This document shows positions 31,601-43,235 of a stretch of 64,000 bases of DNA, one piece after another. How positions within the stretch are numbered: position 1 is the stretch's first letter; each line of letters opens with the position of its first letter. The DNA is from an uncultured Gemmatimonadales bacterium (GTDB lineage: Bacteria > Gemmatimonadota > Gemmatimonadetes > Gemmatimonadales > GWC2-71-9). The position numbers were made by a program, and so were the translations under genes. The notes below the pieces were generated by a model. It was given only the letters and a program-made list of their open reading frames with translations, was not told where the DNA came from and did not search any database. Location: contig CAVSQW010000007.1 in NCBI GenBank assembly GCA_963730185.1, forward strand, positions 480,001 to 544,000, in the 5' to 3' direction.

Positions 31601-32182
31601 ATGCTCCCTCTCCTGCTACCCACCCTGCTCGCGGTCGCGTCGGGGCCGATCGTCGAGCCGATTACCTGGCAGATCGATCCCACCCACTCGGAGCTCACCT
31701 TTCGGGTCCGGCACCTGGTGAGCCGGGTGCCCGGCACCTTCACCTCGTGGGGCGGGACCATCGTCGCCGACCCGAACGACCTGGCCGACGGAACGGTCGA
31801 GGTCACGATCGACGCCGCCAGCATCACGACCCGAAACGAGCGGCGGGATACCGATCTCCGGTCATCGAACTTCTTCGCGGTCGACAGCTTTCCCAAGATC
31901 ACCTTCAAGAGCACCAAGGTCGCGGTCCAAGGCTCGGCCATCACGGTCACCGGCGACCTGACGATGCGCGGCGTGAAGGAGTCGGTCACCCTGACCGGCG
32001 AGTACGGCGGCATCATGGGCTCCCCAGAGGCCCGGCGCCAACGCATTGGGTTTACGGCCCGCACCACGATCAATCGCCTCGACTTCGGCGTGAGCTGGAA
32101 TCGCGCCGTCGAAGGCGGTGGCGTGCTCCTCGGCAACGAAGTCGAGATCACCATCAACATCGAAGCCATTCGAGCGAGTTGA
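31601..32182 (+). CDS. YceI family protein
   Basis: [31 protein letters not shown]. Confidence 0.9.
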   Translation: MLPLLLPTLLAVASGPIVEPITWQIDPTHSELTFRVRHLVSRVPGTFTSWGGTIVADPNDLADGTVEVTIDAASITTRNERRDTDLRSSNFFAVDSFPKITFKSTKVAVQGSAITVTGDLTMRGVKESVTLTGEYGGIMGSPEARRQRIGFTARTTINRLDFGVSWNRAVEGGGVLLGNEVEITINIEAIRAS

Positions 32183-32183
32183 C

Positions 32184-33410
<1,227 letters not shown>

Positions 33411-33422
33411 GGGGCGCCGGTG

Positions 33423-33447
33423 GGCGGCGGCCGGACCGGCCGCCGCC
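33423..33447. terminator. GC-rich hairpin between convergent icd and anti-sigma genes
   Basis: Perfect inverted repeat GGCGGCGGCCGG-A-CCGGCCGCCGCC; no U-tract. Confidence 0.45.
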
Positions 33448-34458
33448 TCACCGGATCCGTCGGGTCCACGCCGCGACCGAGTCCGGCGGCGTGCCCTCCG
33501 GTGCCACCACCCGAGTCCGCAGGGCCGTTCCCTCCCGCCACTGCTCCAGCACGAACGCCAGACCGCCGGTTCGGTAATGCACCCGGACCACCGAGTCGAC
33601 GATCTCCACCCGCGTGGGGGCAAGGCCGTCGATCGCCCGGAGGGTGTCGCCCAGGAAGGCCCGGGCTGCCTGGAGGGCGCTGTCGACCGCCGGTGCCGCG
33701 GGTGTCGGGGCCAGGGCTCCCCGGATCTGAATCCGGTTCGCCGCCAAAGGGCGCCGGGTCGAGTCGGAAGTGCGGGTCACGACCAGCTCGTCCAGACGAT
33801 ACTGGGCACTCTTCATCCGCTCGAGCGCCGCCTTGCGGAGGCTGTCGGCCGCGCGGTCGGCGGCCGGCTCGAGGTCCTTCTGAGGCGCTCGCTTCGTGGC
33901 GGCCGGCCCCGACGCCGACTCGGCCTTGGGTGCCGGCGCCGGGGGCGGCCGATCGGACGGACTGGCCGCTGCGGGAACCGGGGGCGGGGCCGTGGCCCGC
34001 ATGGACTCCAGGCTGGCGGAGTCGGTCAGGGCAAGGTCGCGGGCGGCCGCCGCCGGGCTGTTTCCTCGACCGGCCAGCAGATAGCCGGCCGAGACCGCCA
34101 GCACGACCGTGGCCGCCCAGGCAAGCCCGGCGATCCAGCGGGCCCGGGGCTGGCGGAGCCCGACCGGTGGTGTGGTCGAGGGGGTGGTCCGGGCGATGGA
34201 GACCGGTTCCGGGTCGGTCGCCCGGCCCGCCGCCGAAGTCGCCGGCGCGGCCGGACTCGCGAAGGCGAGCAGCCGATCGTCGGTCTCGTCCAGCGTCTCC
34301 ACCAGCGTCCTGGCCACATCCCGGAACTCCCGGGCCTCGCGGAGCGTGGTCCGGCAGTCGGCACAGTCCGAGAGGTGCGCCTCGACCCGAGCGACCTCGG
34401 TCGAGTCGAGCTCGCCGTCCAGCAGGGCGTGCAGGGTCCCTTCGTCAGGATGCCACAT
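33448..34458 (-). CDS. zf-HC2 anti-sigma factor
   Basis: HPDEGTLHALLDGEL..HLSDCADC, single TM; follows the ECF sigma. Confidence 0.85.
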   Translation of the reverse strand: MWHPDEGTLHALLDGELDSTEVARVEAHLSDCADCRTTLREAREFRDVARTLVETLDETDDRLLAFASPAAPATSAAGRATDPEPVSIARTTPSTTPPVGLRQPRARWIAGLAWAATVVLAVSAGYLLAGRGNSPAAAARDLALTDSASLESMRATAPPPVPAAASPSDRPPPAPAPKAESASGPAATKRAPQKDLEPAADRAADSLRKAALERMKSAQYRLDELVVTRTSDSTRRPLAANRIQIRGALAPTPAAPAVDSALQAARAFLGDTLRAIDGLAPTRVEIVDSVVRVHYRTGGLAFVLEQWREGTALRTRVVAPEGTPPDSVAAWTRRIR

Positions 34459-34945
34459 CACGTTTGTCCTCCGTCGCCCGGTAGGCCTCGACCAGCCGCC
34501 GTCGGGCCCGCGCGAGCGTCGTTCCAATCGAGCCTCGCGAGAGGCCGAGCGTCTCGGCGATCTCGTCGTAGCTCAAGCCTTCCGCGTTGAGTAACAGGGC
34601 CTCTCGGTCACGGTCGGTCAGCCGATCGAGCGCCCGCCGCACCCCGGCGATCCGCTCCTCGCGGAGCAGGCCGTCCTCCGGGCTCGGGGCCCAGGCGGGC
34701 TGTTCGGCCCGGTAGAGCTCCAGCCGGCGCCCCCGCCGCACGGTCCGGCGGCCTTCTTCACGAATCAGGTTCAGGGCCACGGCGAAGAGCCAGGGCCGGG
34801 GATTCCGGGGAGGTGCGGCGACGGCCCGGGCAAAGACTTCCTGCGCCAGCTCTTCCGCGTGCTCGCGATCGCCGGTCCGCCGGTGGAGCATGCGGACCAG
34901 TGACTCGTGATACTGGTGGAAGAGCTCGGCGACGAAGCCGTCCAT
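34445..34945 (-). CDS. ECF RNA polymerase sigma factor
   Basis: AEELAQEVF, WLFAVALN, GLSYDEIAETLG..TTLARARRRL. Confidence 0.9.
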   Translation of the reverse strand: MDGFVAELFHQYHESLVRMLHRRTGDREHAEELAQEVFARAVAAPPRNPRPWLFAVALNLIREEGRRTVRRGRRLELYRAEQPAWAPSPEDGLLREERIAGVRRALDRLTDRDREALLLNAEGLSYDEIAETLGLSRGSIGTTLARARRRLVEAYRATEDKRDVAS

Positions 34946-35000
34946 GGGCCGTCCGTTCTCAGGTGCAGGGGAGATGCGTCAGGGGGCCTGGGATGCACAA

Positions 35001-35118
35001 GGGGGGATGGAGGGGGGAGGGGAGATGGGGAGGGGGAGAGGGGGAGGGACGGGGCGAGATGGGCGGACAGCTCCCCCCATCCCCCCCCATCCCCCCCCAT
35101 CCCTCCCCCTCCCCCCTC
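35001..35118. repeat. Inverted G-rich/C-rich repeat element (CCCCCCCCAT decamers)
   Basis: G-run arm about 35001-35065, C-run arm about 35071-35118. Confidence 0.75.
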
Positions 35119-37530
35119 TTACGCCCCCACCGCCGCCCGATCCAACACCGACCGGACCGCCGCCGACAGGTCCGCCACCGTGAAGGGCTTGTGGATGAAG
35201 GTGACGCCTGGCTCGGTCAGCCCCTTGCGGTCCACCTCGTCGCGGGCGTACCCGGACATGTAGATGACCTGGGTGGCGGGCCGTTCCTGGGTCAGCACGT
35301 GGGCCAGGCGGAGCCCGTTGAGCTCCGGCATGACCACGTCGGTGAGGAGCAGGTCGATCGGGTCGGGGTATTCGCGGCTCACCACCAGCGCGTCGGCGCC
35401 GTGCCGGGCCTCCAAGACGGTATACCCGGCGTTGGCGAGGATCTTCTGCACCATCCGCCGAACCGACTCCTCGTCCTCGACCAGCAGGATCGTCTCCGAG
35501 CCCCGGGCCACGGAACGGGAGGGCGGCGACCGGTCCTCGATCACCGCGCCGGCCGGTTGCTCCGGGAGGTAGATCACGAAGGTCGTGCCCCGGTCGACCG
35601 CGCTTCGGAAGCCGATCCGGCCGCCGCTCTGCTCCACGATCCCGTAGACCGTCGAGAGCCCGAGCCCGGTGCCCTGACCCGGGGGCTTGGTCGTGAAGAA
35701 GGGCTCGAACACGTGCGTCTGGGTTTCCGGATCCATACCCCGGCCGGTATCGCGCATCGTCAGGGTGACGTAGCGGCGGCGGTCGAGCGGGACCAGCGGT
35801 TCCGGCCCGCCGGGTTGGGGCGTGAACAGCCCGGTCTCGAGCGTCACCCGGCCGCCGCCCGGCATCGCGTCCTGAGCGTTGACGATCAGGTTGACGATCA
35901 CCTGATGGATCTGTCCGGGGTCGGCGTGGACCCAGACCGGGCTCGCGTGGGGCTGGAGGGCCAGCTCGGTATCGGCCCGGAGGAGCCGGGAGAGCATGTT
36001 CCGGCACTCCTCCACGACGCCGTTCAGATCCACCAGCTTGGGCTGGACGACCTGCTGGCGGCTGAAGGTGAGGAGCTGACGGGTCAACGACGTGGCCCGA
36101 TCGACCGCCCGGGCGATCTCGGCGAGGTCGTGCCGGGTCGAGGCCGGGACATGATCGTCTTCAAGCAGGAGGTCGGTGTAGCCCCGGATGGCGGTGAGGA
36201 GGTTGTTGAAGTCGTGGGCGATCCCGCCCGCCAGGCGGCCGACCGCCTCCATCTTGGCCGACTGGCGGAGCTGCTTGCCGCTCAGCTCCAGCCGCTCGGC
36301 CGCCGCCCGCTGCTCGGTGGCGTCCTTCGCGACCACGTAGACGCCCCCGACGCTCCCGCCGCTCATCAGGGGCACGAACGTGACGTCGAGGTCGATTCGG
36401 GAACGGCGGCGGGGGTGGATCGCGGTGGCGAACCGTTGCGGATACCCGGTCAGGGCCCGGCGGAGGTGCTCCTCGAACCGGGCGCCCAAGTTGGGGAGCA
36501 CGTGCCGGACGAACGGGTCACCGACCAGCGCCGAGGCCTCCTCGCCGAAGAGCTGCTCGGTCGCCGGGTTCACGGTGATGACCTCGCCGGTGGGGGCCAG
36601 GGTCAGGACCGCGTCGGGGTGCAGCGCGAAGACGCTCTGGAGCCGGGTCTCCCGCTCCCGGAGCGTCCGGGCGTTCCAGTGGCGCTCGATGGCGACCGCC
36701 GCCAGCGGGGCGGCCAGCTCGAGCAGAGTGCGGAGGCCGGTCTGGGCTCGATATCCGGCTCGGAACCAGACGGTGAGCATCCCGACCAGGGTTTCGTCGG
36801 GCGCGTAGATCGGGACGCCCGCGACCAGTCCAAACCCCAGCTCCGTGGCGACCTGCACCGCGGTGCCGGGCTCGAGTCGGGCCAGCGGAGCGGCGAAGTA
36901 GGGGCCGATCTCCTCGCCGAAGACCCCGAACGGCACGGTCGCGATGGCCTCGCCCATGGCGGACGGGAGGTCCACGGCCGCGTGCAGATTGAGGGCGTCG
37001 CCGTCGGGGTTCAGACCGAAGACGGCGCAGGCCGCGCCCCGGGTCTCGGCCACGACCGCCCCGGCCAGCCGCTCCAGGGTCGTTCCCAGCGGGGCGTCGC
37101 GGACCACCATGCCGAGGACGTCGTGCTGGAGCTCGGAGAGCCGCTCGGCGACCATTCGTTCGGAGATGTCGGCGTGGGCGACCAAGAGGAGGCGCTCGCC
37201 GGCCAGCTGGCAGGGAGCGGCCCGGAGGAGCATCCAGCGGGCGCGCTCGCCGCCGGGCATGGGGTACTCCACCACGTATTCGTTGAGGCGGCCGGCGAAG
37301 ACGTCCGAGAGCCCCCGTTCCACGGCGGCGACCAGGGTGGCCTCCGCGCCGGTATGAGCGGTCCAGGCGGCCAGGTAATCGTCGCTCTGGTGCCCCTGGG
37401 CCTGCCAGGCGCGGTTCCCGAAACGGACCCGGAGGGACCACCGGTCCACGACGGCGATGGCCGACGGCAGGGCGTCGAGGACGCTCGCGCTGGCCAGTCC
37501 TGGGACCCCCCCGGCCTCGGGGGTCGGCAT
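35119..37530 (-). CDS. Hybrid histidine kinase (PAS/GAF-PAS-HisKA-HATPase-REC)
   Basis: [50 protein letters not shown]. Confidence 0.92.
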   Translation of the reverse strand: MPTPEAGGVPGLASASVLDALPSAIAVVDRWSLRVRFGNRAWQAQGHQSDDYLAAWTAHTGAEATLVAAVERGLSDVFAGRLNEYVVEYPMPGGERARWMLLRAAPCQLAGERLLLVAHADISERMVAERLSELQHDVLGMVVRDAPLGTTLERLAGAVVAETRGAACAVFGLNPDGDALNLHAAVDLPSAMGEAIATVPFGVFGEEIGPYFAAPLARLEPGTAVQVATELGFGLVAGVPIYAPDETLVGMLTVWFRAGYRAQTGLRTLLELAAPLAAVAIERHWNARTLRERETRLQSVFALHPDAVLTLAPTGEVITVNPATEQLFGEEASALVGDPFVRHVLPNLGARFEEHLRRALTGYPQRFATAIHPRRRSRIDLDVTFVPLMSGGSVGGVYVVAKDATEQRAAAERLELSGKQLRQSAKMEAVGRLAGGIAHDFNNLLTAIRGYTDLLLEDDHVPASTRHDLAEIARAVDRATSLTRQLLTFSRQQVVQPKLVDLNGVVEECRNMLSRLLRADTELALQPHASPVWVHADPGQIHQVIVNLIVNAQDAMPGGGRVTLETGLFTPQPGGPEPLVPLDRRRYVTLTMRDTGRGMDPETQTHVFEPFFTTKPPGQGTGLGLSTVYGIVEQSGGRIGFRSAVDRGTTFVIYLPEQPAGAVIEDRSPPSRSVARGSETILLVEDEESVRRMVQKILANAGYTVLEARHGADALVVSREYPDPIDLLLTDVVMPELNGLRLAHVLTQERPATQVIYMSGYARDEVDRKGLTEPGVTFIHKPFTVADLSAAVRSVLDRAAVGA

Positions 37531-38264
37531 CAGCGCCTAGGTACCACCGACTGTGGTCCGGGTTGCGACAGCGCGGTGGCGGAGAAGGTTACGGGCGGCA
37601 GATTCCCGAACCCAGCGAGGACCGTCTGGGTGCCCGCCGTCGGCCCGAGCGTCCAGTCCGTTCTGGCGATGCCCTCTTCGTCGGAGATCCTCGGCGCGGC
37701 ACTCAGGGTTCCACCGCCGGTCAGGACGGTGAACGCCACGGTGACGTCGGGGACGGGGTTGTTGAAGCCGTCGGTCACCAAGACCTGGAGGGGGACCGGG
37801 AGCGGGGCTCCACCAGCGGCGGACTGCCCTTCGCCGCCCGCGATCGTGAGCGTGGCCGGAGGACCCGGCGTAGCGGTCGCGACGAACGACACCGGCGGCA
37901 AGCCGGGGAGCGACGCGGACGCCGTCTGGACGCCGAGCTGACCACCGAGCCGGAAGGAGGTCGAGACGGTGCCGCTGGCGTCTGTGGTATCGGTCACCGG
38001 ATCGACCACCCCATTGCCGGTGGTGACCGCCCACACGACGACCGCGCCGTCGATCGGATCGCCAAATTGATCCTCGACCTTGACCGTCAGCGGCGCGGCC
38101 AGCACGGTCCCCACGACACCAGTCTGCCCGTCACCGCTCGAGAGGGCGATCGCGGCCAGACGGGGGCCAGCCGGCAACTCGCTGCTGCACCCAACGGTCA
38201 GTGCGGCAGCTCCAGCCGCAATAATACGCCCAAGAACGCGGGCGGAACGCCGTCCGAGTAGCAT
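37530..38264 (-). CDS. Ig-like (Big_1) repeat lipoprotein
   Basis: LTVGC lipobox; two SGDGQ/GGEGQ..PL.V.V.D..G/N.P repeats; TGATG overlap with the kinase; start uncertain. Confidence 0.75.
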   Translation of the reverse strand: MLLGRRSARVLGRIIAAGAAALTVGCSSELPAGPRLAAIALSSGDGQTGVVGTVLAAPLTVKVEDQFGDPIDGAVVVWAVTTGNGVVDPVTDTTDASGTVSTSFRLGGQLGVQTASASLPGLPPVSFVATATPGPPATLTIAGGEGQSAAGGAPLPVPLQVLVTDGFNNPVPDVTVAFTVLTGGGTLSAAPRISDEEGIARTDWTLGPTAGTQTVLAGFGNLPPVTFSATALSQPGPQSVVPRR

Positions 38265-38545
38265 TTTACCACCCCTCAGTCCAAGCTTCGACAGCCAATG
38301 GTCGCTCACGGGATCGCCAGCCGAATCGAAGTGTAAGATCTAGGCTCACCTTTCGGGAGGCGGGGTCGTGCCTGGCAGCCCCCATGGGGCGAACCCAGGG
38401 CAAGACTTAGGCCGACCGCGGGCCTGTTGCCGACTGTTCCGGGCGCCGATGCCGACTCAAATTCAGACAGTCGGCGTCCCCCGAGGTCAGGGCGGTGGTG
38501 ACGCCGGAGGCGGTTCGAGAGCAGCGGCCGTCCTGCCAGCGGGTC

Positions 38546-38575
38546 TTGACCAACCCGGCCGCAAATTGATATTCT
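38546..38575 (+). promoter_or_regulatory. sigma70 promoter of the tRNA cluster
   Basis: TTGACC-N18-TATTCT with extended TG, just upstream of tRNA-His. Confidence 0.7.
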
Positions 38576-38592
38576 TGCGTGCTTGGCCGCCT

Positions 38593-38667
38593 GGTGGTTG
38601 TAGCTCAATCGGTTAGAGCGCCGGACTGTGGCTCCGGAGGTTGCGGGTTCGATCCCCGTCAGCCACC
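38593..38667 (+). tRNA. tRNA-His(GTG)
   Basis: Cloverleaf; G-1; anticodon arm CCGGA-CTGTGGC-TCCGG; GTTCGAT. Confidence 0.95.
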
Positions 38668-38733
38668 CTGGACGGAGTCGGATGGGGACGCGGGCGACCG
38701 GCCGAAGAAGCCAGGACGCCGGAAGGCAGACAG

Positions 38734-38806
38734 AGGTCCGTAGCTCAATTGGTAGAGCACCGGTCTCCAAAACCGGGGGTTGGGGGTTCGATTCCCTCCG
38801 GGCCTG
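38734..38806 (+). tRNA. tRNA-Trp(CCA)
   Basis: Acceptor AGGTCCG/CGGGCCT; anticodon loop CTCCAAA. Confidence 0.95.
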
Positions 38807-38821
38807 TTGGAGGACCAACAC

Positions 38822-38894
<73 letters not shown>

Positions 38895-38954
38895 TGTGAC
38901 GTTGTCGGGTTGAGAGTCGAGAGTCGACGATCTTTCGGCTCTCGAGTCGTTAGC

Positions 38955-39026
38955 GGCCCCATCGTCCAACGGTTAGGACACCACTCTTTCAAGGTGGTAA
39001 TACGGGTTCGATTCCCGTTGGGGTCA
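38955..39026 (+). tRNA. tRNA-Glu(TTC)
   Basis: Acceptor GGCCCCA/TGGGGTC; anticodon loop CTTTCAA. Confidence 0.93.
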
Positions 39027-39027
39027 T

Positions 39028-39090
39028 GGTAGGGAGTTGGGAGTAGTGAGTGGGGAATAGGGAGGCAGTGGGGAGTAGGGAATCGTGGGA
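39028..39090. repeat. GGGAGTA-like heptamer repeat
   Basis: gtagggagttgggagtagtgagtgggg... between tRNA-Glu and tRNA-Lys. Confidence 0.65.
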
Positions 39091-39098
39091 CAACAAAC

Positions 39099-39171
<73 letters not shown>

Positions 39172-39413
39172 CTGACGGGAACACAGTTCTGCAAGACCTC
39201 GATACCGCCTCGGTCGGATTGTCCGGCCGGGGCGCTCGCCGTTTGTTCCCCCTCCACCACCCTCTGACGGCCGCCATCCGGGAAACAGGGGTTGCGCCCT
39301 GGCCAAGGCATGGCATGATTCATGAATAGTTCATGAACTGCGATTCACCTGGTCTGCTTCGGCGCTTCCCGATCCTGACCAGCGCAATGACCCTGCGCCA
39401 AGGTCAGGAACGA

Positions 39414-40865
39414 ATGGTCCACGAGCTTGGAAGGACGAGTGCCCTGGGGCTGGGGCTCGCCGTCGCGGTGGGTTTGCTCCCCCCGGCGGTGGCGCGCGGG
39501 GACGGTGGTCGGGGAAAGCCCGCAGTGGCGATCGTCGGGGTGGTGGTGATCGATGGGACGGGTCAGCCGCCCCTCCCGGACATGACCGTGGTGGTGCGCG
39601 ATGGCCGGGTGGTGTCGGTGGGACAGTTGGCCGCGACCCGCATTCCGCGCGGGGCCACGGTGATCCGCGCGACCGGGCTCTACCTAATCCCGGGCCTGTG
39701 GGACATGCACACGCACCTGGCCGGCGGGCCGGTCGTCCGTGATTCCACCATAGCGGCGAACGCGGACTACTTCTTTCCCCGACTGCTTGCGCACGGCGTC
39801 ACGGGCGTCCGCGACATGGGAGGCGACTTCGCCACGCTCGCGGCGTGGCGGACCCGGATCCGGGCGGGCGACCTGCTCGGCCCAGAGATCGTCGGTACCG
39901 GGGCGCGAATCACGGATCTCCAGCCGATGCCCGATGGGCGCTCGATCGGGACGGCTGCCGACCTCGAGGCCGAGGTCAGCCTGCTGGCGGCCCAGGGCGT
40001 GGACTTCATCAAGGTCGTCTGGCTCGACTATCCGCTCTATCTCGCGCTGCCTCGGATCGCGGCGGCGCACGGCCTCAAGGTGGTTGGGCACGTTCCCGCC
40101 ACGGTGGCTCTGGGGGAGGCGGTGGACTCGGGCCTCGCTGGAGTCGAGCACCTGGCGCCCGTCCTGGCCGCGTGCTCTCGCGTGTCGGATCGGATCCTGA
40201 CGATGGCCCGGGAGAGTGGGTCGTGGTGGGACCGGTTGCTGGTCCGTCTCCGGCTTCGAGATCCTGAACGGAGCGGTCTCGAGCGTCTCCGGCTCGCGAC
40301 CGAGACCCAGGACGAGCGTCGCTGCGAGCCGGTGCTCCGCGAGCTGCGGCGCCACGGCGTGCCGGTGACGCCGACGCTGAGCATGTCCGAGCTGACCGCG
40401 CCGCGTGGCACGAGCCTCGGGAAGGCGCGGTTGGCGGCCGAGCGCCGGGTGGTCGGGTGGATGTGGGAGGCGGGGGTGCCGCTGCTGGCCGGCAGCGACA
40501 TCGGCGGGCCGGTGCGGGAGGCCGGTGAGTCGCTGATTCGCGAGCTCTGCCTGCTGGTCCGCGCCGGTCTGACGCCAATGGACGCGATCGTGACCGCCAC
40601 CTCGCGGGCGACGGCATTCCTCGGCCTGGCGGACTCGGTCGGTACCATCCGTCCGGGCCAGCGGGCCGATCTCGTGCTCCTGTCGCGCGATCCCTTGAAG
40701 GATCCCGTGAATCTGCTGAGCGTGCAGGCCGTCATGGTGCGCGGGCGCTTGGTCGCGGGCGAGGACTTCGAGGCGCTTCGGCAGCGGGCGGGGCTCCTGT
40801 CGCGCGAGCACGAGGCGACCGAGCGGATCAACGCCCCGATCGGTGCCCGGGCGCCGGGGGACTGA
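39414..40865 (+). CDS. Amidohydrolase family protein
   Basis: PGLWDMHTH, GVTGVRDMG, DFIKV, GHVP, EH, AGSD, GQRADLVLL; start uncertain. Confidence 0.85.
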   Translation: MVHELGRTSALGLGLAVAVGLLPPAVARGDGGRGKPAVAIVGVVVIDGTGQPPLPDMTVVVRDGRVVSVGQLAATRIPRGATVIRATGLYLIPGLWDMHTHLAGGPVVRDSTIAANADYFFPRLLAHGVTGVRDMGGDFATLAAWRTRIRAGDLLGPEIVGTGARITDLQPMPDGRSIGTAADLEAEVSLLAAQGVDFIKVVWLDYPLYLALPRIAAAHGLKVVGHVPATVALGEAVDSGLAGVEHLAPVLAACSRVSDRILTMARESGSWWDRLLVRLRLRDPERSGLERLRLATETQDERRCEPVLRELRRHGVPVTPTLSMSELTAPRGTSLGKARLAAERRVVGWMWEAGVPLLAGSDIGGPVREAGESLIRELCLLVRAGLTPMDAIVTATSRATAFLGLADSVGTIRPGQRADLVLLSRDPLKDPVNLLSVQAVMVRGRLVAGEDFEALRQRAGLLSREHEATERINAPIGARAPGD

Positions 40866-40969
40866 GCCCTTACGGCACCGGCCGGGCCCCGATAGACTGG
40901 AGGGTCGTTTCCCGGCCGATCGCCGTTACCCTCGCGCGCTCCCGCCCTCAGCGGGAGGATGGAGTTCGC

Positions 40970-41854
40970 ATGCACCGCTCTCCCTGGCTTCCGGTCCTGG
41001 TCCTGATGGCCGGGCTGGTGCCCTCCGTCGCCCACGCCCAGCAGAAGCTCAAGGTCTACGTCTCCGTCGACATGGAAGGGATCTCGGGCGTCGTCTCGAT
41101 GGCGCAGGTAGCCGGCAAAGACTACGAGTGGGGTCGGGAGCAGATGCTGGCCGAGACCAACGCCGCGATCGCGGCGGCGTTCGACGCTGGTGCCACCGAG
41201 GTCCTGGTCAACGACTCGCACGGCTCCCACACCAACCTCCGCGCCGACCTGCTCGACCGCCGGGCCACGCTGATCAGCGGAACTCCCACCCCGATGGGGA
41301 TGGTCGAAGGGTTGGACTCGACCTTCGACGCGGCCATGTTCATCGGCTTCCACGGCCACGCCAACCAGACCGACGCGGTGCTCGGCCACACCTACAGCCT
41401 GGCGCTTCGCCACGTGCGCCTCAACGGCCGGGAGGTGGGTGAGTACGGGACGGCCGGCATGGTGGCGGGGCATTTCGGGGTGCCGGTGGTGTTCGTCTCC
41501 GGCGACGAGTCGTTCGCCGCAGCGGCCCGGGCCTTCATGCCGGGAGTCGAGGCGCTGGCCGTGAAGCAGGCGATCGGGTTCACCGCCGCCAGGCTGATGA
41601 ACCCGGCGGTGGCGCGCGAGAAAATGGCGGCGGGCATCCGGGCCGGCCTGGGCCGGCGGTCGTCGATCGCGCCGGTCCGGCTCCAGCGGCCCATCAATCT
41701 CGAGATCGAGCTCGCCAGCGCGGCCTTCGCCGACAAGGCGATGTTCATACCCGGAATGGAGCGCCTCGACGGGACCACGGTGCGCTACGTCGCCTCGGAC
41801 GGCGCGGCGGCCTATCGGATGTCCCGGCTGATCATGATGCTGGCTCGGGACTGA
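40970..41854 (+). CDS. M55 family D-aminopeptidase (DppA-like), with signal peptide
   Basis: SVDMEGISG, VNDSHG, IGFH, HTYS, SGD. Confidence 0.9.
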   Translation: MHRSPWLPVLVLMAGLVPSVAHAQQKLKVYVSVDMEGISGVVSMAQVAGKDYEWGREQMLAETNAAIAAAFDAGATEVLVNDSHGSHTNLRADLLDRRATLISGTPTPMGMVEGLDSTFDAAMFIGFHGHANQTDAVLGHTYSLALRHVRLNGREVGEYGTAGMVAGHFGVPVVFVSGDESFAAAARAFMPGVEALAVKQAIGFTAARLMNPAVAREKMAAGIRAGLGRRSSIAPVRLQRPINLEIELASAAFADKAMFIPGMERLDGTTVRYVASDGAAAYRMSRLIMMLARD

Positions 41855-41976
41855 GCCTCTCGGGACGGATTTCGGGCAGGTCGAGGCCGGCACGAACCGG
41901 AGAGCTTGTTTCTCGGCCAACCTCGTGGAATTATCTCGGGGAGTGGTCCGACCGGTACTTCCTCGACAGGAGACGG

Positions 41977-42426
41977 ATGATGCGCGGTAAGCCGAAGCGG
42001 CGAAGCGGGAGCTCCAGGAAGGTGACCAAGGCGCGGCCGGCGGCCCGGAAGGCTGCGCCGAAAAAAGTCGCTGCGAAGGCGGCGGGTGAGAGCAAGCGGA
42101 AGGTCCCGCCGTTCGGTCGCCGGAGCCACCGGGTTACCCACGCCCAGGCTCGCCGGATGCGCCAGAGGTTCCTGCGCCGATACCAGGGGGCCCGGCACCC
42201 GCTCCGGGCCGGCGTATACGACCGGGGCATCTTCGACAAGATCCTGAAGCAAAGGGGATGCAAGGGGGTCCGGTTCTACCCCGCTCTGGATGATGCCGGC
42301 GAGCTGACCTTGCTGTTCGCCGGTGTCGACGGCGAGGGTCACGACATGCTCGCCGGGATCATCGGGGACATGCCCTGGCGCTGCCCGCCTTATTGCAGCG
42401 CAACGAACGGCATTCTGGCTCACTGA
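41977..42426 (+). CDS. Hypothetical protein: basic Lys/Ala/Arg N-tail and C-terminal CPPYC motif
   Basis: RBS AGGAG; GCKGVRFY...LLFAGVDGEGHD...CPPYC. Confidence 0.75.
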   Translation: MMRGKPKRRSGSSRKVTKARPAARKAAPKKVAAKAAGESKRKVPPFGRRSHRVTHAQARRMRQRFLRRYQGARHPLRAGVYDRGIFDKILKQRGCKGVRFYPALDDAGELTLLFAGVDGEGHDMLAGIIGDMPWRCPPYCSATNGILAH

Positions 42427-42450
42427 TCAGTCGCTCGCCGAGCCCGACGG

Positions 42451-43131
42451 GTGACCGCGTCGATCGTCGCGTCCGCCATGGTGACGTTGGCCATGGCGCT
42501 CGTCGTGGCCTTGAGTTGGCGCACCCGGGCTTCGCTCGATCGCGGAGCTCGGCCCATCGCCGTCGGCGTTGGCCTGTCGTTGGTGGGCGCGCTGATTTCC
42601 CTCGGGTTCGTGCTTCGAGGCCGGGAAACACGGCCGATCGCGGAAGGTCTGCTCCTGATCGAGACGTCGCTCGTCCTCTGGGGCATGGCGGCCTGGCAGA
42701 CCAATCGGAGGTCGGCGCGAGTCCTCCGCCTGATGATCCCGGGATGGGGAGTCGTGTGGCTGGCGGCGCAGTTCCTTCAAGGTTCCGCCGAGCCGTTCAG
42801 TCCCATCACCGCGCCGATCGGCCACACCCTCAAGGTCGGTGCGGCGGCCTACACCCTCATCATCCGGTTCCGGGCCACGGAAGGCGACTGGACCCGACAC
42901 CTCTGGTTCTGGTTCTGTACCGGCATCATGCTGATGTACGGGACGGAGATCTTCCTCGACCCTCTCTGGCAGCGGGTCTTTCCGGTCCGGGACGATCTGG
43001 TCTTCGCGGCGTTCTTCTTCAACCTGGTCATGAACGCGATCGGGTATGCCCTCATGGCCTACGGGCTGATCCGGGTCGTGCGGCCGGGTCCGACCAGCAA
43101 CCCTAGGGATTTCCCTAGGGTGAAGGCCTAG
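42451..43131 (+). CDS. Seven-TM hypothetical membrane protein (candidate sensory partner)
   Basis: About 7 hydrophobic segments incl. FWFCTGIMLMY; directly upstream of the kinase. Confidence 0.75.
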   Translation: MTASIVASAMVTLAMALVVALSWRTRASLDRGARPIAVGVGLSLVGALISLGFVLRGRETRPIAEGLLLIETSLVLWGMAAWQTNRRSARVLRLMIPGWGVVWLAAQFLQGSAEPFSPITAPIGHTLKVGAAAYTLIIRFRATEGDWTRHLWFWFCTGIMLMYGTEIFLDPLWQRVFPVRDDLVFAAFFFNLVMNAIGYALMAYGLIRVVRPGPTSNPRDFPRVKA

Positions 43132-43173
43132 GGGTTTTCCCAGATTGCTCTCGCGGCCTGAGGGCGATAAGCT
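43103..43173 (+). promoter_or_regulatory. Tandem boxes CTAGGGATTTCCCTAG / CTAGGGGTTTTCCCAG plus TTGCTC-N17-TAAGCT promoter
   Basis: Boxes at 43103 and 43128; -10 at 43168; geometry repeated at 44698. Confidence 0.7.
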
Positions 43174-43235
43174 GCCGACTCGGAGTCACCCGTCAATCGG
43201 GGGACCAACCGGCCGAGGTCGCGACGGAAGGCACG

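Noticed and set aside
34813..37941. 1042-aa plus-strand ORF
   Set aside because: Antisense shadow of the hybrid kinase
42451..43131. Microbial rhodopsin
   Set aside because: Seven TMs but no retinal-binding Lys (DxxxK) in the last helix
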